Assembly (NCBI GenBank): GCA_964016885.1
Contig: OZ024743.1
Span: 324,880,001 to 324,944,000, forward strand
Length of the DNA: 64,000 nt
Direction of reading: 5' to 3'
DNA from: Eledone cirrhosa
Taxonomy: Eukaryota
The notes below the pieces were generated by a model. That model searched no databases, was not told where the DNA came from, and saw nothing but the letters and a program-made list of their open reading frames with translations. A program made the position numbers and the translations under genes. Below, piece by piece: positions 62,988 through 64,000 of the stretch; within the stretch, counting starts at the first letter, position 1, and each line of letters opens with the position of its first letter.

Positions 62988-64000
62988 GTATGTTGTAACA
63001 TTGTTTCATGTAATCATTATTCAAGTCAGTTTATTTTATTCTTTTATTCATTTTATATAAGAAATTTTGATATTGTCATATCACAATGGAAGAAGAATAT
63101 AATACTCATCATAGTAGTCAGAATAAGAATTGGGTGGAAAAAGTTCTGTGAGTTATAATTTCTCTGCTGGCAACAGAGATATTCTCTCTGTGACAAACAA
63201 ACAGTAGATTGTATGCATGTGCATATAGGGCTATGTTGCACATTAATGTTGAATGCAGAAACTGTGTGAAAGGTAGGAAGAAATGAAGCATGTTCTGTTG
63301 GATGAATAATGAGGCACTGATGTGTTAAAGGAAGACTTGGAGGAATCAGATGTAGTGTGCACGAAAGAAGATTGCATTGGTATGGCGACAGAATGCATAA
63401 GGATGATTGTTGGATGAAAAACTGTCAGGAGCTTTAAGTCAAAGTAAGATGTGTTACAGGTAGGCCAAGGAAGACATGAGCAGAAGAAGTGATAGCTGAC
63501 CTCAAGCTGTATGTATGGACCTGTAACTCCTGATGGAGTTTTAGGGGTTCCATTGTGACATAGGCTATGTCTTGAGTATTTTAAACCTGGTGGAACCCGT
63601 CCTCTCTCCAAGTCTGAGCACAACCAATTTTACCAGTGAAGAAAAGAGAGAAAGGAAGTGAGAAAGAGATATAGTGGGAGAATCAACCCTAATTTTGTAC
63701 TGGTAGTCTAGCAACCTTGAAAGAATGCAAAATAAAGTTGAACTCTGGGATTTGAGCACAGAACAAATGTCACTAAACATGCCATCCAATGTTCTGATGA
63801 CTCTGCCAATTTTCTATCTGATCTCAAGATAAAAGAGATGACAAAGGAGAGAAACAAATGGCGAGATGATATATTGGAGAGAATTCACCCCACTCATGTA
63901 AGCTAAAAAAAGGGACATAAAATTCATAATGGTTTTCTTTCATTATCGTTTTTTTGGCAGTATCGGTAGAGGGTCGGACGCCATGTTTTCCAGCATAGTT

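Overview
Eukaryotic, AT-rich, repeat-dense genomic DNA, most likely an octopod cephalopod (inferred from the SINE and LINE content). Two spliced genes lie head-to-head. On the - strand are five coding exons of the axonemal inner-arm dynein light intermediate chain (DNALI1/p28): 55452-55532, 16215-16357, 3609-3778, 2286-2464 and 1126-1290, with a 39-kb first intron; the last exon is not in the window. On the + strand are the first three coding exons of Elongator subunit ELP1 (60280-60435, 60671-60817, 62906-62987). A near-perfect RFX X-box with an adjacent forkhead site lies about 40 bp upstream of the DNALI1 ATG. The introns contain RTE LINE fragments with (GAT)n tails, Penelope-like, CRE-like, CR1 and mariner remnants, tRNA-derived SINEs, MITEs, microsatellites and a 3.9-kb satellite of 40-bp units. 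The most unusual signal, invisible to the ORF track, is about ten type-I hammerhead ribozyme motifs from several unrelated sequence families. Two sit in spacer-less DNA palindromes, so the ribozyme is encoded on both strands. One lies in the terminal repeat of a 2-kb non-coding retrozyme-like unit. Intact copies are mostly antisense to the host pre-mRNA, whereas sense copies are mutated or masked. All folds were derived by eye and none has been tested.
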